From Dimorphilus gyrociliatus (taxonomy: Eukaryota > Animalia > Annelida): a stretch of DNA of 64,000 nt. Made by a program: the position numbers and the translations under genes. The notes below the pieces were generated by a model. The model worked only from the letters and a program-made list of their open reading frames with translations, searched no databases and had not been told where the DNA came from. The stretch lies in the NCBI GenBank assembly GCA_904063045.1, contig CAJFCJ010000005.1:1689988-1753987 (forward strand). Direction: 5' to 3'. Within the stretch, counting starts at the first letter, position 1; every line of letters begins with the position of its first letter. Shown piece by piece: positions 24,162 to 37,848 of the stretch.

Positions 24162-27100
24162 ATGTCGAACAACGGCGATGGCATTAATGATGATATTGAT
24201 GCAAGAACGAAGAATTTTCTTTGGTCAATTCAACCGAGTAAGAGAGAATGTACTGATGTCTACTTTTTGTTTGTCTTCCTAATATTCTCTTGTTGTTCGG
24301 TAAGGTTATTATTTTTCGCATTTGTACGAAAGATGCTTTTTTTATTCTATCCTTCTGTTTGTCGTTAATTTAAAGATATCTGCTTTGTACTGGATAGAAC
24401 AAAGGTCATACCTAAAGAATATTATAGCTCAGGATAGCTACGGTAATGCTTGTGGAGAGAAGAATGCCATGCTTCAAAAGTATCCTTATTTAAATAAAAC
24501 CCTCTCTGGAAGAGACATGACAGACAGGAGGTGGGGATAATTTCCATTCTATCCAATTAGAATAGTCAAATTTGTTTGTCTCTTACTCTTTTAAGGGTTG
24601 TGTTTGCTCTAAATAGTTCGGAGAATATCTTTTTAAAGAGCACAAAGAAAATATGTTTGCCATTTTGCCCTAATAGTACAGTAATTTCAACTAGAGAAGA
24701 GCTATTGATAGCCGCAACTCTAAATAGAACTTTCCTGTGTAGATATGATGTGATATTTCACGATTATGTGAATATTAATACAACAGAATGTCCGGTACTA
24801 CCCATTAACGTTAGGTAAAAAAAATTATTAAATTATATAGAAGAGAAACAAGAAAAAGGGGAATAAATAACATTACTTTCAGTTTTCCTGTAAATAATCA
24901 TTGTATTAGCCTAGATCAGAGTGTAACTCGTACTGATAAGAACGAAACGGTGTATAATAAGTACTGGAAAATCTGTACCAAGAACTTATTTGAGGTAGGT
25001 TTAAAAGAAATATAAAGAACGTTTATAAGGTATATAGATTCTCTATCGTTTCTCTTGGAGGCAATTTTAAGAGACATCTCTCTGGCAAGTAAAACTATAC
25101 AAGTGATTTCTTTCGTTTGTATAGGTAATATATTTATGAATTTCCAATGCATATTTAATACTTATCCTTCTATTTATATATTCATTACAGTTTTAACTGG
25201 ATTATTAATAGTCATAACGATTTTCTTGAATAAATACGATCAAATCCTTTTTCAAGTGATAATCTACTTATCTTTTGTTTCCCTTTTAGTATCCTCTTGT
25301 TTCGCATGGTAAATCTTGACAATTTCTCTATATATTTAATTTCCTTTATACTAAATTAATTTCTCCTACCAAAGGGCTAAAGGTTTTATCAATCACTCAA
25401 ATAGAATATTTTGGGCTCTTTCCACAATTTTTGTTGTTATCATATCCGTCAGAACACCAATTATCTTTATAATTAGATAGCAATTACTAGTATACTTTTT
25501 TCTAATAGGTAGTACACTTTGTTATTTTCATCCAGCTAAAAATCAGACGTCATATGACATTTGTAAGTATCTTTTTTTTTCTTTCATACTTTGATGACCT
25601 AATTTTTCTGATATATGTATATATACTGTATATATATATATTTATTAGATTGTTAAAGTCCTGTATCTTATAGCTAATGTTATGATGGCTGATTATTTTA
25701 TAATCATTCCTTCTGTTTTAGTAAGATTTCTTTCTATTCTTACCTTTATTCCTATTGTTTTTTTAAAAAAAAAAACAAAGAAAGAAAAAAGAAGAAAACT
25801 CAAAACGAATTGATTTCTAATTTTTTCTAGATATTGGTGACATATGCTTTGATACTTGATGTATTATTGGGTAATTTTCTAATAATATTTACTTCCGGTT
25901 AGTTTATTTTATTCAAAATTCAATATATTTAAGTTTACATTTTTTTCCCTCTATCTGTTTCTCTCTCTCTCTCTGTCTCTCTGTCTTCCTATCTTGCTGT
26001 CACTCTATCTTTCTGTCTTTGCCTAACTCTTTCTCTCTATCTTCCTATATCTTTTCTATTCTCTCCTCTTTCCTTTACTTTGACCAATCTCTAAAATTTA
26101 GGTATTCCAATTACAAATAAACACAACAATACAGTTACTTTTAAGAGAGAAGCCATAGATAATGTATGACGTATAGTAAATTGGTAGTTATTTATTTAAT
26201 TATTCCGTTTCTGTTCATTTTAGATTCTAGGAGTCATTGTCTTCCTATGGATGTTATGGACAATTTCAACTATTTTTCAGTACTATAAATACTTAGTTAC
26301 CTCTCTAACATTCTACACTTACTTTACAATGTACTATCCTCTAAATTTAATAATGCATATGCAAATATTATATTTACATATCTATATAAGCCTATTCATT
26401 TTCTCTAAATGGAATATTTTAATTAAAATAGGAGAATACTACCATCAAAAGATAAAATAAAATTCTTTATAAAAACAATTTACAACTCCCTAAGATATAA
26501 TTTAGGTTCTATAACTTTGGCGGCGATTGCTGAGCCATTAATAAGCCTAATTAAATCAGTTTTGGGTGTTGTTACGGTTTTTAGGTAAGGAGAACAAGGG
26601 GAAAAAAATAACAACTCTCCAGCAAATTGAAGTTTGTTTCTATGTTTTTTATGGCATGGTTTTACAGATTAATTTGTGAGGAGAAGGCAATACGCGAAAG
26701 TGACAATAATATAGAACAACCCTCTTTAGTTGAGCAGATAAAGAAGATGTCTGGAGACATCAGCCTTCTAATTGTTTGTAAGTCATTTCTAAAAGCTTTT
26801 TAATGAATGACAAAGCAACTCAGGTTTAAAAAAAAAAAATAATAAAAGCAATCCAATGTAAAGACTATAACGAAGCCATGAAATTATGTTTAGAACAGCA
26901 AAAATTAAGAGTAGTGTTAATGGAGAAATTTATGCCGAGTTTTATATATTATTTCAATTGTTGTTCAATTTGTATCCAATCAAGTCTATTTTGGGGAACT
27001 TGTATATTAATTTGGGTAAAAAGAAACCATTCATAAAATATGTTTTAAATCAAAATACTAATTTTATCAATACGTTAATCCTTTTCTTTTTTTTTAAATT

Positions 27101-27271
27101 TCTTTTTTTCATTAAATAGACTCAGAAGGATTATTGTTTTGTAATACCTCAAGCTTTCATCGTTGTAATTAGCGGATTAATTATTACAAGCTGGGTTTAT
27201 AGTATTTACTCCGTGAGTAATGAATGAACGATTTTTACTTTATTTATTATTCTACAAATCTTCGACTGTCC

Positions 27272-27311
<40 letters not shown>

Positions 27312-28027
27312 TATGATTTAATCCTATTTTCTATAAACAGTCTATGATCGACACGCTCTTCTACTGCATTAACGAAGATGTTATTAGAAATGATGGAGTA
27401 AGCAAAAAATTGTACCTTCCCGTCAGAGTGGCTGTAATTATATACTTTATTTTTTTGTCACTTTTTTTTATATCAATTTCTTCTTTATATTTATCTTTTT
27501 CATATTTTAAGAAATTATTAGACGCCTTACCACTAGAATTTGTTGGTTTAGGTTCTGTTTGCCTATTAAGGCGTCTAGTTCGAACAAGGCAAATTAAGAT
27601 TAAAAAAAAGAGACGGGCTAGATACTCGTTATTTTCAGATGGACCTTTTACGGATGAGAACTTGGTTAAAATTCAGGCCAAACTGCTCGGTGAAAAATTG
27701 GGAAAGTTGATAGAGAATATCTGTAGTGATATTCACGAGGGAAAATCTCCAATCGAATTGTCGCAGAGGGAATCGAAGGACGGAAAAGAGCAGGAAGGGG
27801 TGGAGGAGGGAGAGGAGGGGGAGGAAGAAGAGGAAGACGAGGAGGAGGAGGAGGAGGAGGAGGAGGAGGAGGGGGAGGAAGTGGGTGAAGAAGAAGACGG
27901 CGACGATGAAATCGGTGAAGATTTAAACAATCTGTTCTTAACGAAAGATGATAAAAAACCCACGACAGAGTTAAGTTATTCATCTTCCGAAGAGAACGTT
28001 CTAAAACCTATGTCCTCGAGGAACTAA
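24162..28027 (+). CDS. SLC44A: Choline transporter-like protein (SLC44/CTL), multi-exon, with a probable acidic C-terminal tail
   Basis: RECTDV, DSYGNACG, ICLPFCP, ECPVLPI, multiple TM exons and IDTLFYCINED..RNDG (CTL DTLFLCFxED motif). Splicing of the last exons is uncertain. Confidence 0.82.
27839..27871 (+). repeat. (GAG)11 trinucleotide repeat encoding poly-Glu
   Basis: Eleven perfect GAG units inside a longer GAR-rich tract. Confidence 0.9.
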
Positions 28028-28114
28028 ATGTATTCTGATCAAAGAAAACAATCAATCATGTTAACGATTATATAACAATCAATAAAATCTTTCATATAAA
28101 TCTACTGATTTACT

Positions 28115-29636
28115 TTAGAATCTAACAAAACGAAATGCTTCAATATTAAATGACGTCTCTTTTGCTGACGCTAATTTGGCCAATAATCTCACAACTACGA
28201 GAAATAGCTTAAATCCGTGTCCTGTAATAGGATATGTATATATTGTATGTGTATAATATTAAGTAGTTATGTAAATTCTGTCTAGACGAATCTTAAAAGA
28301 AAGAGATAAGATACAAGAATAACCTGAAAATCCGTCGCCTATTATGATATTATCATACTCTGGATGAAAATTGATTATATAATTCTAATCTGGGGTCAAG
28401 GTGTACATGCAAGTCTTTATAACAGCTGGTGTAGGATACAAGAAGGGTACAAACTTTGTCATGTAATCGTGTATAGTTCGTATTTCGTATCCATCATCCA
28501 AGGTATCACTCTGATCAAGATCCAAAGACTCTTTCCCATCCGTTGTTTATTTAGAAATTAGATAGAGAAACATTTATTCTCATTTCAAACAAACGTAGGC
28601 TTTTTATAACCATAAACATATCGGCATACTCCAGTGGTGGGGTACCGTAAACATCTTCATTCGATCCATGATAAAAGATTCCATTAACATCCATCAAAAT
28701 TGGATATTCCAGGCTCTTAAATTTATCCTTTACTTTCAAGTAGCACAGTTTAATATAACGCAGCTTTTGGAAAGGAAAAACGTATGATAGATAAATTAAT
28801 TACCTTGATGAATTAAATTCTCCGTCAACTCACGTATAAAGGCAATTGCATACTCAAATTAACTAGAACTTTATTTGTCCAGGAACCAGCGCATATGATG
28901 AGCTTTTTAACAAAATAGACGCCTTTTGTAGTAGAAACTACTTAACAGTACTACAAAGATGTATATTTGCAATTGTTTCATTCTCTTTTAAGATACCATC
29001 TCCATTATCAAAATCTTACTGAGAGAGGCAAAAAGATAAAGTTAAGTCAGAATACTCGCTCAAATTCGTTTCAAAAATACATTTAAAACAAACATATATA
29101 CTAATATATATGAATGAATGTATGACAAACAGGTAAATACGTTTGTACCTTATTTCGATCTAATCCCTTTGGAAATTTTTCCAATTTATCTGCATCTTTC
29201 GATAGAAGAAGTCCAGTAGTTTTCCTAGTTTATAAACATATCAATCAAATATTTGGATAAGCACTCTATATCAGTCCTTTAGTCCTGATTGCAAGCTTAA
29301 AAAAAATTACTTGGGTTTAAAGGAGGCCATTGACTCTTTTTTGACTGGTCTCTAATTGATTAAATTAATGCCCTGTGTGCGATAAAGAGTTGAATTTAAA
29401 CATTTATCATTCTTTCACTAGCTTTTCTTGTAATTCTTCAGAATGACCAGTAGAACTTCCTCTTCTAGAAGGTAAAGGAAGCTGTGTAACAAAAAAAAAA
29501 ATGTCAGATGTTTTAGGAGTATAACAAAACTCAAACAAAATATCAAAATCTTATCAAGAAGATCATAATTATAGGGTGAACTGCTGCCTATAACCCCGAT
29601 ACCTGTTATAATAACATCCTTTTAAATGGGTTCCAT
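28115..29636 (-). pseudogene. PIPOX: Unprocessed pseudogene of peroxisomal sarcosine/pipecolate oxidase
   Basis: Recognisable blocks: DVIITGIGVIGS (GxGxxG), RRGSSTGHS/RITRKA, LIICAGSWTN, VYGTPPLEY, CMYTLTPD, DNIIIGDGFSGHGFKL. In-frame stops at 29622-29624 and 28385-28387; frameshifts near 29440 and 28941. Confidence 0.85.
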
Positions 29637-29857
29637 TTTCTTTTTGACAGTTGTTTAATAGAGTTTAGAAAACGTTAGGAAAAGTTTACCTATCTCTTAT
29701 GTCTTTTTTATAAAGTAACAAAATCAATATACAGTTGTTAGGCTCATTACGAAAGATTTTACTTGTTAATCTTATGCAAAATTTGTGTCACATGAATATT
29801 CAAAAAATAAGCAACAACAACAACAGGAATGGAGATTTTCTTTGTCATATTTGAATA

Positions 29858-32039
29858 ATGAATTATCAAAAAGCAAAATATATTCAGGGAGTAAATACAT
29901 CCTTCCTTACTAGACGTAATTTTGGATATAATCAACGACCCCAACTAGGAAATAACTATATAGTAGGTGCTCAAATTGAACCCGAATGGATTGTTCAGAA
30001 TGGCTATGCATTCGAAAGGGAAGAAAGTGGAAAATATAAGATAAGAGGCCTGGCTAATGAAATTTTTGATAGGCAAGTTAAAATAGCAGATGGCGTTAGC
30101 GAGAGAAGAACTAAATTATCTGTTATTATCTCTTTATATATATATTTATATATATATAGCTGTAGATATATGTTTTGTTTTTAAGCAAGCCTAGTAGGGT
30201 TATAATACAATTTTTCTTTCTTCGGCTTTTCTTTATTAAAGACTGAGAGAGGAACTTCAGTAACAGAAGAAGAAACCTCAGTACCTAATTATAAGGATAT
30301 TAAATCATCGCAAAAGGGGAAAAGTACCATAAAAACTGGGGCTAAATATTTAAAACATTCGTCGGCCGACCGAACACCGAATGAATATAAGTTGCAGTCC
30401 AAAGAAAGTACAACTTCCGATAGAAAGATTGTTAGGTCAGAACAAAAATCTAGAAAGCTTCCGATAAAGAAAAAGCCCGGAACTTCCGCTATGAGAACTA
30501 CGGGAAATATTTCGACAAAGGGGTCTGAAGAAACTGAAAGTAGTTATTCTACTGATAGGAAAACCTCCGAAAGTATTAGTCATGACTCTTCAAAAAATGA
30601 CTCGACATCTACGTCTGAAGAAAGCTATGAAACAAAATCTGATAGCCCATCATCGGCAACATCAAAGGAAACATGTGACGTAGAGAGTTCAAATAGCCAG
30701 TCAACAGTCGACAAAGTTGTCAAGAGTTCCAAAAAAAGTCATTTTCGTAACGAATTGAAAGGTCATTCATCCAGCGTAATGTCAAGCGAGTCCCTAAATG
30801 AGACAGATGAGAATGAAACGTTTAGTTTAAGTGAAGAGAAGTCAACTGGAAGAGGTTCAGGTAGAGCTAAAGTCAATGGATATATTATAGTGGATCAATC
30901 TAGTAGTAAAGAATATTTCTCAGAAAAAAAACCCTATCGTATAAGATTAGGAGAAAGAGGAGACGTTTCAAGGCCAAAGATAATGCCTCCTACCGTTAAA
31001 TGTAAAGGGGAGAGGAAAAAAGTTCCAAAGTATATCTATTTATATATACTAATATATTAGTATATTCCCAAAAAAACAACCTCAAATAGTCAACATTTAA
31101 TATACTTGTTTTCATATTAGACACTTTCGAAAGACCAATATTATTGATAAAGAAAGTTCTACAGCAAATTTTTCGCACTCTAAAGTAAGGAAAGGGTCGA
31201 TAAGATCGCAAAGTAGCGGCAGTTGTAGTTTGTCATCTACCAATTCGTTTATAGAAACTTTCTGGGTGTCCCGCCAAGAAACGACTGACAGAACTAATTC
31301 GAGTGTAAGATATATGTCAAAAAATGATACAGAATCTAGCCTTGATCATGTAAAATCGACAAGGAAAGTTTTATCAAATATTGATTGCAGCCATGAGACG
31401 AGGAGTTTTCATTTTCCTAGCCTACGTTATAAAGAAAGTTTCTATCCAAATGTTATTGGCGAATTAGATGACCCAAATATGTTTTTAAATGGAAAATGCA
31501 CATATACGTGGGCGAACAAAACGTTTACACCTATGCCTCATCATCCAAATTGCTGTAAAATTAACACTAATTGCGAAAAATTAAATAAGAGCTCAGATAT
31601 TGATGATCCAGCATCTTTGCAGTTGAATTCTTCGAAAATTGAGTGTCATTCAAATATAACTGAGAGCTCAATTTCTGCACTCTCTATTGTTGACGATAAT
31701 ACCAGCGATGATAAAGCGAATCGCGATAAGGATGATAAGGATTGTACCGTTCCATCCTCAGATAATGAACTGGAATTAGAAACGGATGGGGAAGCAGCTA
31801 CTTCTCACGATACCGACTGTAGAAAGAAGTTAATTGACAAACGCTTAATGGAAACGGAAGTAAACGAAATTTCAATATTGAGCGACACTAGTAAGGAAGA
31901 ACAAGCTAAATATATAAAAAAGAGCTATATTAGATCTAAATGCTTTTCAAGACGGCTTAAAAAGAGGACAGAGAAGATTTTCGGTAATTTAAATATAAAA
32001 AGACTTATTGACAAGCTATTTAAAGAGAAAAACGAATAA
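29858..32039 (+). CDS. Hypothetical Ser/Thr/Lys/Glu-rich low-complexity protein, about 3 exons
   Basis: Three long collinear ORFs (108, 222 and 269 aa) linked by plausible short introns; no recognisable domain. Confidence 0.6.
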
Positions 32040-32052
32040 GAATAAACGAATA

Positions 32053-35000
32053 TTAATCTTGTGGAAGAGTCTCCTGTTGGCTGTCAGTATCGGTCATATT
32101 TAAAGGACTCTTTTCTCTTTTACGCTTCTTTCTCTCGTTCTTTGAATTCTCTAATCCATTCAATTCTTCTTTTCGGAATGGATCATCCTCAAGCGTTAGT
32201 ATACGGCTAGTACCTGTATATCCATCATAATGTTTAGAGATAGTTAGCGTTTTTATATTAGCTTCCACTTCTACAAATTGTTCTTCTTGCTAATGGAAAA
32301 ATTGTATTATTTGTGTATAGATTAGGGTATTTTAAATGAAAGTAATTTATAGTTGGATAAATACAGGTTCTTCCGGTTCCATTTGATTCCTAGAAATGAA
32401 GTTTCTTTCTGTATATATCTTAAAAAATATCCAAGTTGTTACCCCAATGAGAACAGTGATGGAAAACAATGTAAAGATCTTTTCAAAATTTTCCTCTCCA
32501 AATGTTCTTTCTTAAGACGAATATTAATTTTAATAACATCTAATAGGATTAGATTAGTGAGTTTTTCACCATTTGAAGGTATAGAATCAACAATTCGGCT
32601 ATCATCCTCTAAAGTATTTTCGCATACGGGAGGTATCCATTTCCGAATGATCTTATCAATACTCTTCCGCTTAATTAGTATAGCATCGTCAAATTTCGCT
32701 CTAAAAGGATGACCTTTCCTAAAAGCAAACGAAATAGGTCTTTTAGGATAATCAATCCTTACAACTCTACCCATACAATTGCCTTTAAAGTCTTTGGCCA
32801 AATATCTAATAAAAAGACGTAATTGAAAAGAGAGAAAAGCAATAGTATTTGTTTTCCGGAAAGGCGTCTTTACCTTAAAGCTTCTAAAGTATGTAGAAGA
32901 ACCGGAACTTTACCATTTTTAACCGTATAACGATCTTCTAAGAAATTCGATGCTACTTTCCCAAATGTCACATTCTCATAAATGATTGCCTCATTTTTCT
33001 GGTTGAAAAATTTTTATTTTATATGATTATGCTAAACTACTTGATTAAATAGGTCTTGCTTGTATAAAATATGGTTCAGTTAGGTCTTTGGGGAATCTGC
33101 CAATCAAAATTTTTGGTCCAGAGTAGCGGGTCATTGGATCGTCTAATGAAAGAGTAGGGGAGGGGGGTATTAATTCTACGTTATATTTCCTTAAACTATA
33201 GGCCAACATTTAGTCATAATTAGATCCAATTGATATAATATAGCCGATGCAAGCCAATCGGTAAATATAAAGTAAAGAAAAATCAACCATAAGAGATAAA
33301 TTATCTTTTCTCTCCATCGGAAAAGTATAACCCCTGTAGGCTGATTAGAGAGCAACTAACTAAATGTTATAAAAGAAAAGTTTTGCAGGTAACTACAAAA
33401 GTAAGAGCGGCTTCTATTACATAACGAATACTCAGCATCAGTGCACCGCATCGAAGGGTAACATTTATAGGTAAATCCCAAATTTTTCCGTCCCAAATCG
33501 ACTTATGAGCGGATGCTGCTACGCATTTAGATAAGTGTAGACTAAGGGTAAAAAACATTATGGCAAGTGATCCAAAAATTAAAAGATCTTTATAGGGTAA
33601 CACTAGAAATATGAATATATATGGAATATTAAAAGTATTAAATTAATTTATTCATATCATTTGCATATAGAAGATACTAACTATGAATAGATTGAATAAG
33701 TGAGGAAAGATATAATCCATCTTTAACCAGCATAGCAAGACAAGTATGAAATATTGGTTTAGATAGTACAAAATTCTCTTCTATTCCATTCGAAAAGAAA
33801 AATGGGGCCAATATAAAATCCAATTGTTTAACATTTTCAGACATATGCAATCTAATAGATTCAATATCTTTATTATAAGATAATTGATCATTATAGAATG
33901 TTGTCCAATGTCTTGGCAATATTTCAAAGTCATATTTAAAATTCAACTCCTTTGATAGAATCTATTAATAATATAAAATCCATTCAATTTATTTAATTAT
34001 TCCCTTTGAGAATAAATTAATTATTTTCACTTCATCAGTTTAACCTCAAGAATGTCAATTAAGATTCCATTAAAGGTAAAAAGTTCGGAATTTGTTGGCA
34101 CCTTCCCGCTTTCGTTAAAGTTAAGTTGACGATTAGTGAGGACGAACGGTTCAAAATTTGTTGACTAAGTGTTACATAATTTAATAAAATTAACCTAATT
34201 GCAATGTTATTAAATATTACGAAAACAGCTTACAGGTATTATACCAATTTTGAATTTTAGTGGATAGCGATACCTATCTTTAGTGGGAAGGTTTTTTAAA
34301 TCATCACTTATTACATACTGTATATGGATGTAATTAGATATTATTACTTTTAAAGAGATATCTCGATCCGCCATTATTTATCCATTTTCTATCTTCTATC
34401 CAAAATCTTAAGATTAGAATCTTTTAGGGGGAAACTTTACTATCTTTACCGTAATTGTAACTATATTTAGCGTCTTCACCAATTTTCTTGACGGAATTCG
34501 GTAGAAAAAAATATGTTAATATTTCGTCGTATTGCAGTTGAAAACTGCAATTCAACAAATTTCGATTATTGTATGACAGTAACTAAAAGAAATTATAGTG
34601 AGACGTGAATGGAATATAATGATTCTGGGGTTTTTTTTTCAATTTACTTGACAAATGAAATCATTGAAGTATTGAGAAATTTCAACTTTATTCTTTACTA
34701 TATCCAAACCAACTTTCTTTAATTATCCAAAGGAAAATTAATAAGTATTTTTAATCATAAAATACGGATTAAATTGCAAATTAAATTGGTATTGGATAAT
34801 ACCTTTTTCCAAGGAAGTAAAATTATTAGTTCAGTTTCCGAGTCATGTGATTCATTTAAATAATCATTTTTACCTAATTAACGTAAATAATCCTATATTG
34901 AAAATTTTTTTAGTTTCTAAACGAAAGATAATACCATATCTAACATATTCGTAAAGATGTGAAGAACCGAATAATAGATTATAGCCTATTAACCATCTTT

Positions 35001-35725
35001 TGCTGTAGTCTTTAATCTCTAAAATATTCGAATTAGACAGGAAAATGATAATTTCGAAAGAACTATTAATTAAATCTTTTAACGCTTCTTTGCTTTGAAA
35101 TTTCGAACTGGGTGAATTTTCTATAAAAGGGTCCAATTTAACATATTTTGATTGATCAAATAACCAATCCTTTCTTATAAGTATCTTATTAAATTCCATT
35201 TGAATACAATCTCCTAATGATATAGACAATGATAATAGTAATAATAAATTTCTTTTACAAACCTTCCTTTGTATCATCAATAATTATTGCATAACTTTTA
35301 ATATTTAACTTTATAAGTAAATCAACGAAAGCTTCAAGATAGTTTGTAATATTCTAGTGTTTATGTTTGCAATAGTAATAATAAATTAGTGAAAACTTAT
35401 ATTAGAAGAGCTTACAAGACCAAACGGTAAGAATGCCGATGGTAGTGTACAGATTGGGAAAATTGCCATTAAACCCTGTTGATTGCTATCTTTTCCGGTA
35501 GGAATGAATTGAACGATAGCATTATCCATAAAAACTGATGAATTTTTAGGTAGATTTAATATTCTTTCGTAATTATCTAATACTAATGTTAGATTACTTG
35601 ATAAAAGGAGACGGAATATCAAGTTAAAAATAGACTATCTAACCTGAGAGGGGATGAACAACTACAACGTCTATACATAACTTTTCAAGAATACTTGGGT
35701 TGAAATATATAGAATAATTAAGCAT
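32053..35725 (-). pseudogene. Divergent ionotropic glutamate receptor / IR-like gene, apparently disrupted
   Basis: S1: FEPFV...FNGILIDILE-ILSKELNFKY...LDFILAPF. M1: LLIFGSLAIMFF. Pore: LQNFSFITFS*LLSNQ. M3: KIIYLLWLIFLYFIF. S2: ISFAFRKGHPFRAKFDDAIL...IDKIIRKW. M4: FEKIFTLFSITVLIGVTTWIFF. A TAG at 33356-33358 interrupts the pore segment; the 5' end is uncertain. Confidence 0.65.
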
Positions 35726-36169
35726 AGATGTAGTATAAAATGACAATTGATTATCATTATCTAAAAGATAGATAGAATACACAGTATACATTTGTAAGTA
35801 AACTAAGGATGACTATATATGGCTCTCTTTATGTAAAAAGAGTAATCTTAACACAATTTCAAACCTGTCTATTCAATTTACCTTTGCAAAAGCTATTTTT
35901 AGCTAAACTTATTGTATGAAATAATGAACCAGTGACCATGGAAATTGAAAATAAACACGTTCCTGTAATAGAAAAATTCCATAAATTATTAAAACGGAGC
36001 ATTTCCTTTTTTTGATAAAGCTGAAATTTCGAATTATTTGAAAAAGAAAACGAACTAGGCTTAATTAATTAATTTAATTTCTTCATGTTCTATATATTAT
36101 AAACTTAATAATGAAAACATTTTATGTACAAATTTAGCAGAAAAAACCTAACATTTGTAAGTTAACTTT

Positions 36170-37848
36170 CTAAGTTTTTTTCTTCTTCTTTTTCTCTTTA
36201 TTATCCTTATCGTTTATCTTTCTTTTCGTATTTGACGCGCCAACAGTTTCCATATTTTCCCACATATCATCATTATCCTTTTTCGCATCGTTGCTTGTCT
36301 CTTCCTCTTCATTTTCTATTGATAAATTTGAAAATAGTAAGCAATTAAGCTTACTCTTCAAATAAAACTGTAAAAAGAATAAAAATTTACTTGAAGGTAA
36401 TGAATTATTAAACACTTTTACTTACTTTATATTCAAGTTTTCTTGTTTTAATATCGTGCACTCTAACAAAACGATCAAGACCGCATGATGCAACATATTT
36501 TGAAGATGGATGACACATTAAGCTCTTTATAGATCCGGCTATTCCTTTATAATTATAAACCAATTGACCTAAGGAGATAAAAGAGATAAAATTGATGTCT
36601 ACATTTAAATAGTGGAATTAATTAAGAACCTTTTCTCAAGTCGATAAGACCCATATTTCCATGAGTATTACCCACAATAACTTGACTGAAATGGAACAAA
36701 GTACAAACATACTATAGTTAAGGTGAAATTCTGGAAAAAAAAGAAATTTTATATTACTTTCCATCTCCAACTAGAGCTAAACTTGTTAAGGGATATTCAT
36801 CATATTTTGCTTCGAGTACGGGGCGTTTTTGTTTACCAGATAAATCATAAAGTCTTATCTATAGAAGGGTTTTTGTCATTAGATTTGTTCACATATCGTT
36901 ACAATTGATTAATTTAGCATAATAAGAATTATACCTGATGATGTCCTGTACAGGTGACAACTTTATTTGAATTAGGAACGAAAGAGATATCTTTAACCCA
37001 AATAGGAACACGATGATCAAGCCAATCATTTTTTACCTAAGATAAGAATTTTTAGAATAAACTCTAATAAAAAACATATATATATATATAAACAAACATT
37101 TTTAGCTATAAAAGACGGCTTTTCAGGTTGATTCAAATCCCATATTTTTAGACAATTTTCTTTTCCTCCTGTCGCTATTAAATTACTATTGGAATAGTTT
37201 TGTCTCATACGGCAAATATTTTTTCCAGCATTGATAATACATTGCGTTTCGTCTTCTTTATTATTCTCATCAAGGTTCCATTTATTAATTTCGCCACTTT
37301 CAACGGAAGTTACAATAGAACTGCAAGATTAAAAATATTTTTATACCAATGAAATAGGAAAACGCATTGTTATTTTACTTCTCAAAAACTTCCAAACCAG
37401 TAAAATTTCCTGTTCCTACTTCACATTCTAATAATTCTTTTCCACTTTCATCAGACAAGTTTAATTGAATAACCTTACGACTTCGTAATCCTGCTATAAT
37501 CTGTAGTTTTTCAAAATTTGAATTAATCACTGAGAACGAACTAATTTTTCTAGGTAAAATAATCATACAGTATCTTGATCTTTATTAAACCATTGTAATA
37601 CGTTAATTTCGTTTTTCTTATTTGCACTGGATAAGTCATTTAAATTTTTCCAGGAGTTTTGGGCGATGTTAATACCTGTAATTTGTTGGAAAGAAGTAAT
37701 TTGTAGATTCTATATTCCCACACAGTTAAGCCTTATTTATATTCCATCAATGATCGATTGTATTTTATTTTATAAATTAAGGAAAAATACCTTTAATAAG
37801 TCCAGTTTCAGCCCCTGCTATAACGTTGTAAACACGTGCTCCATCCAT
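36170..37848 (-). CDS. WDR74: WD repeat protein 74 (Nsa1, 60S biogenesis), multi-exon
   Basis: AGAETGLIKG, IATGGKENCLKIWDL, AKNV-KNDWLDHRVPIW, IRLYD...QKRPV, VASCGLDRFVRVHD, FYLKSKLNCLLF. Confidence 0.92.

Noticed and set aside
27666-27983. Poly-Pro, poly-Ser and poly-Arg ORFs
   Set aside because: Alternative frames and the antisense strand of the GAG repeat in the SLC44 tail.
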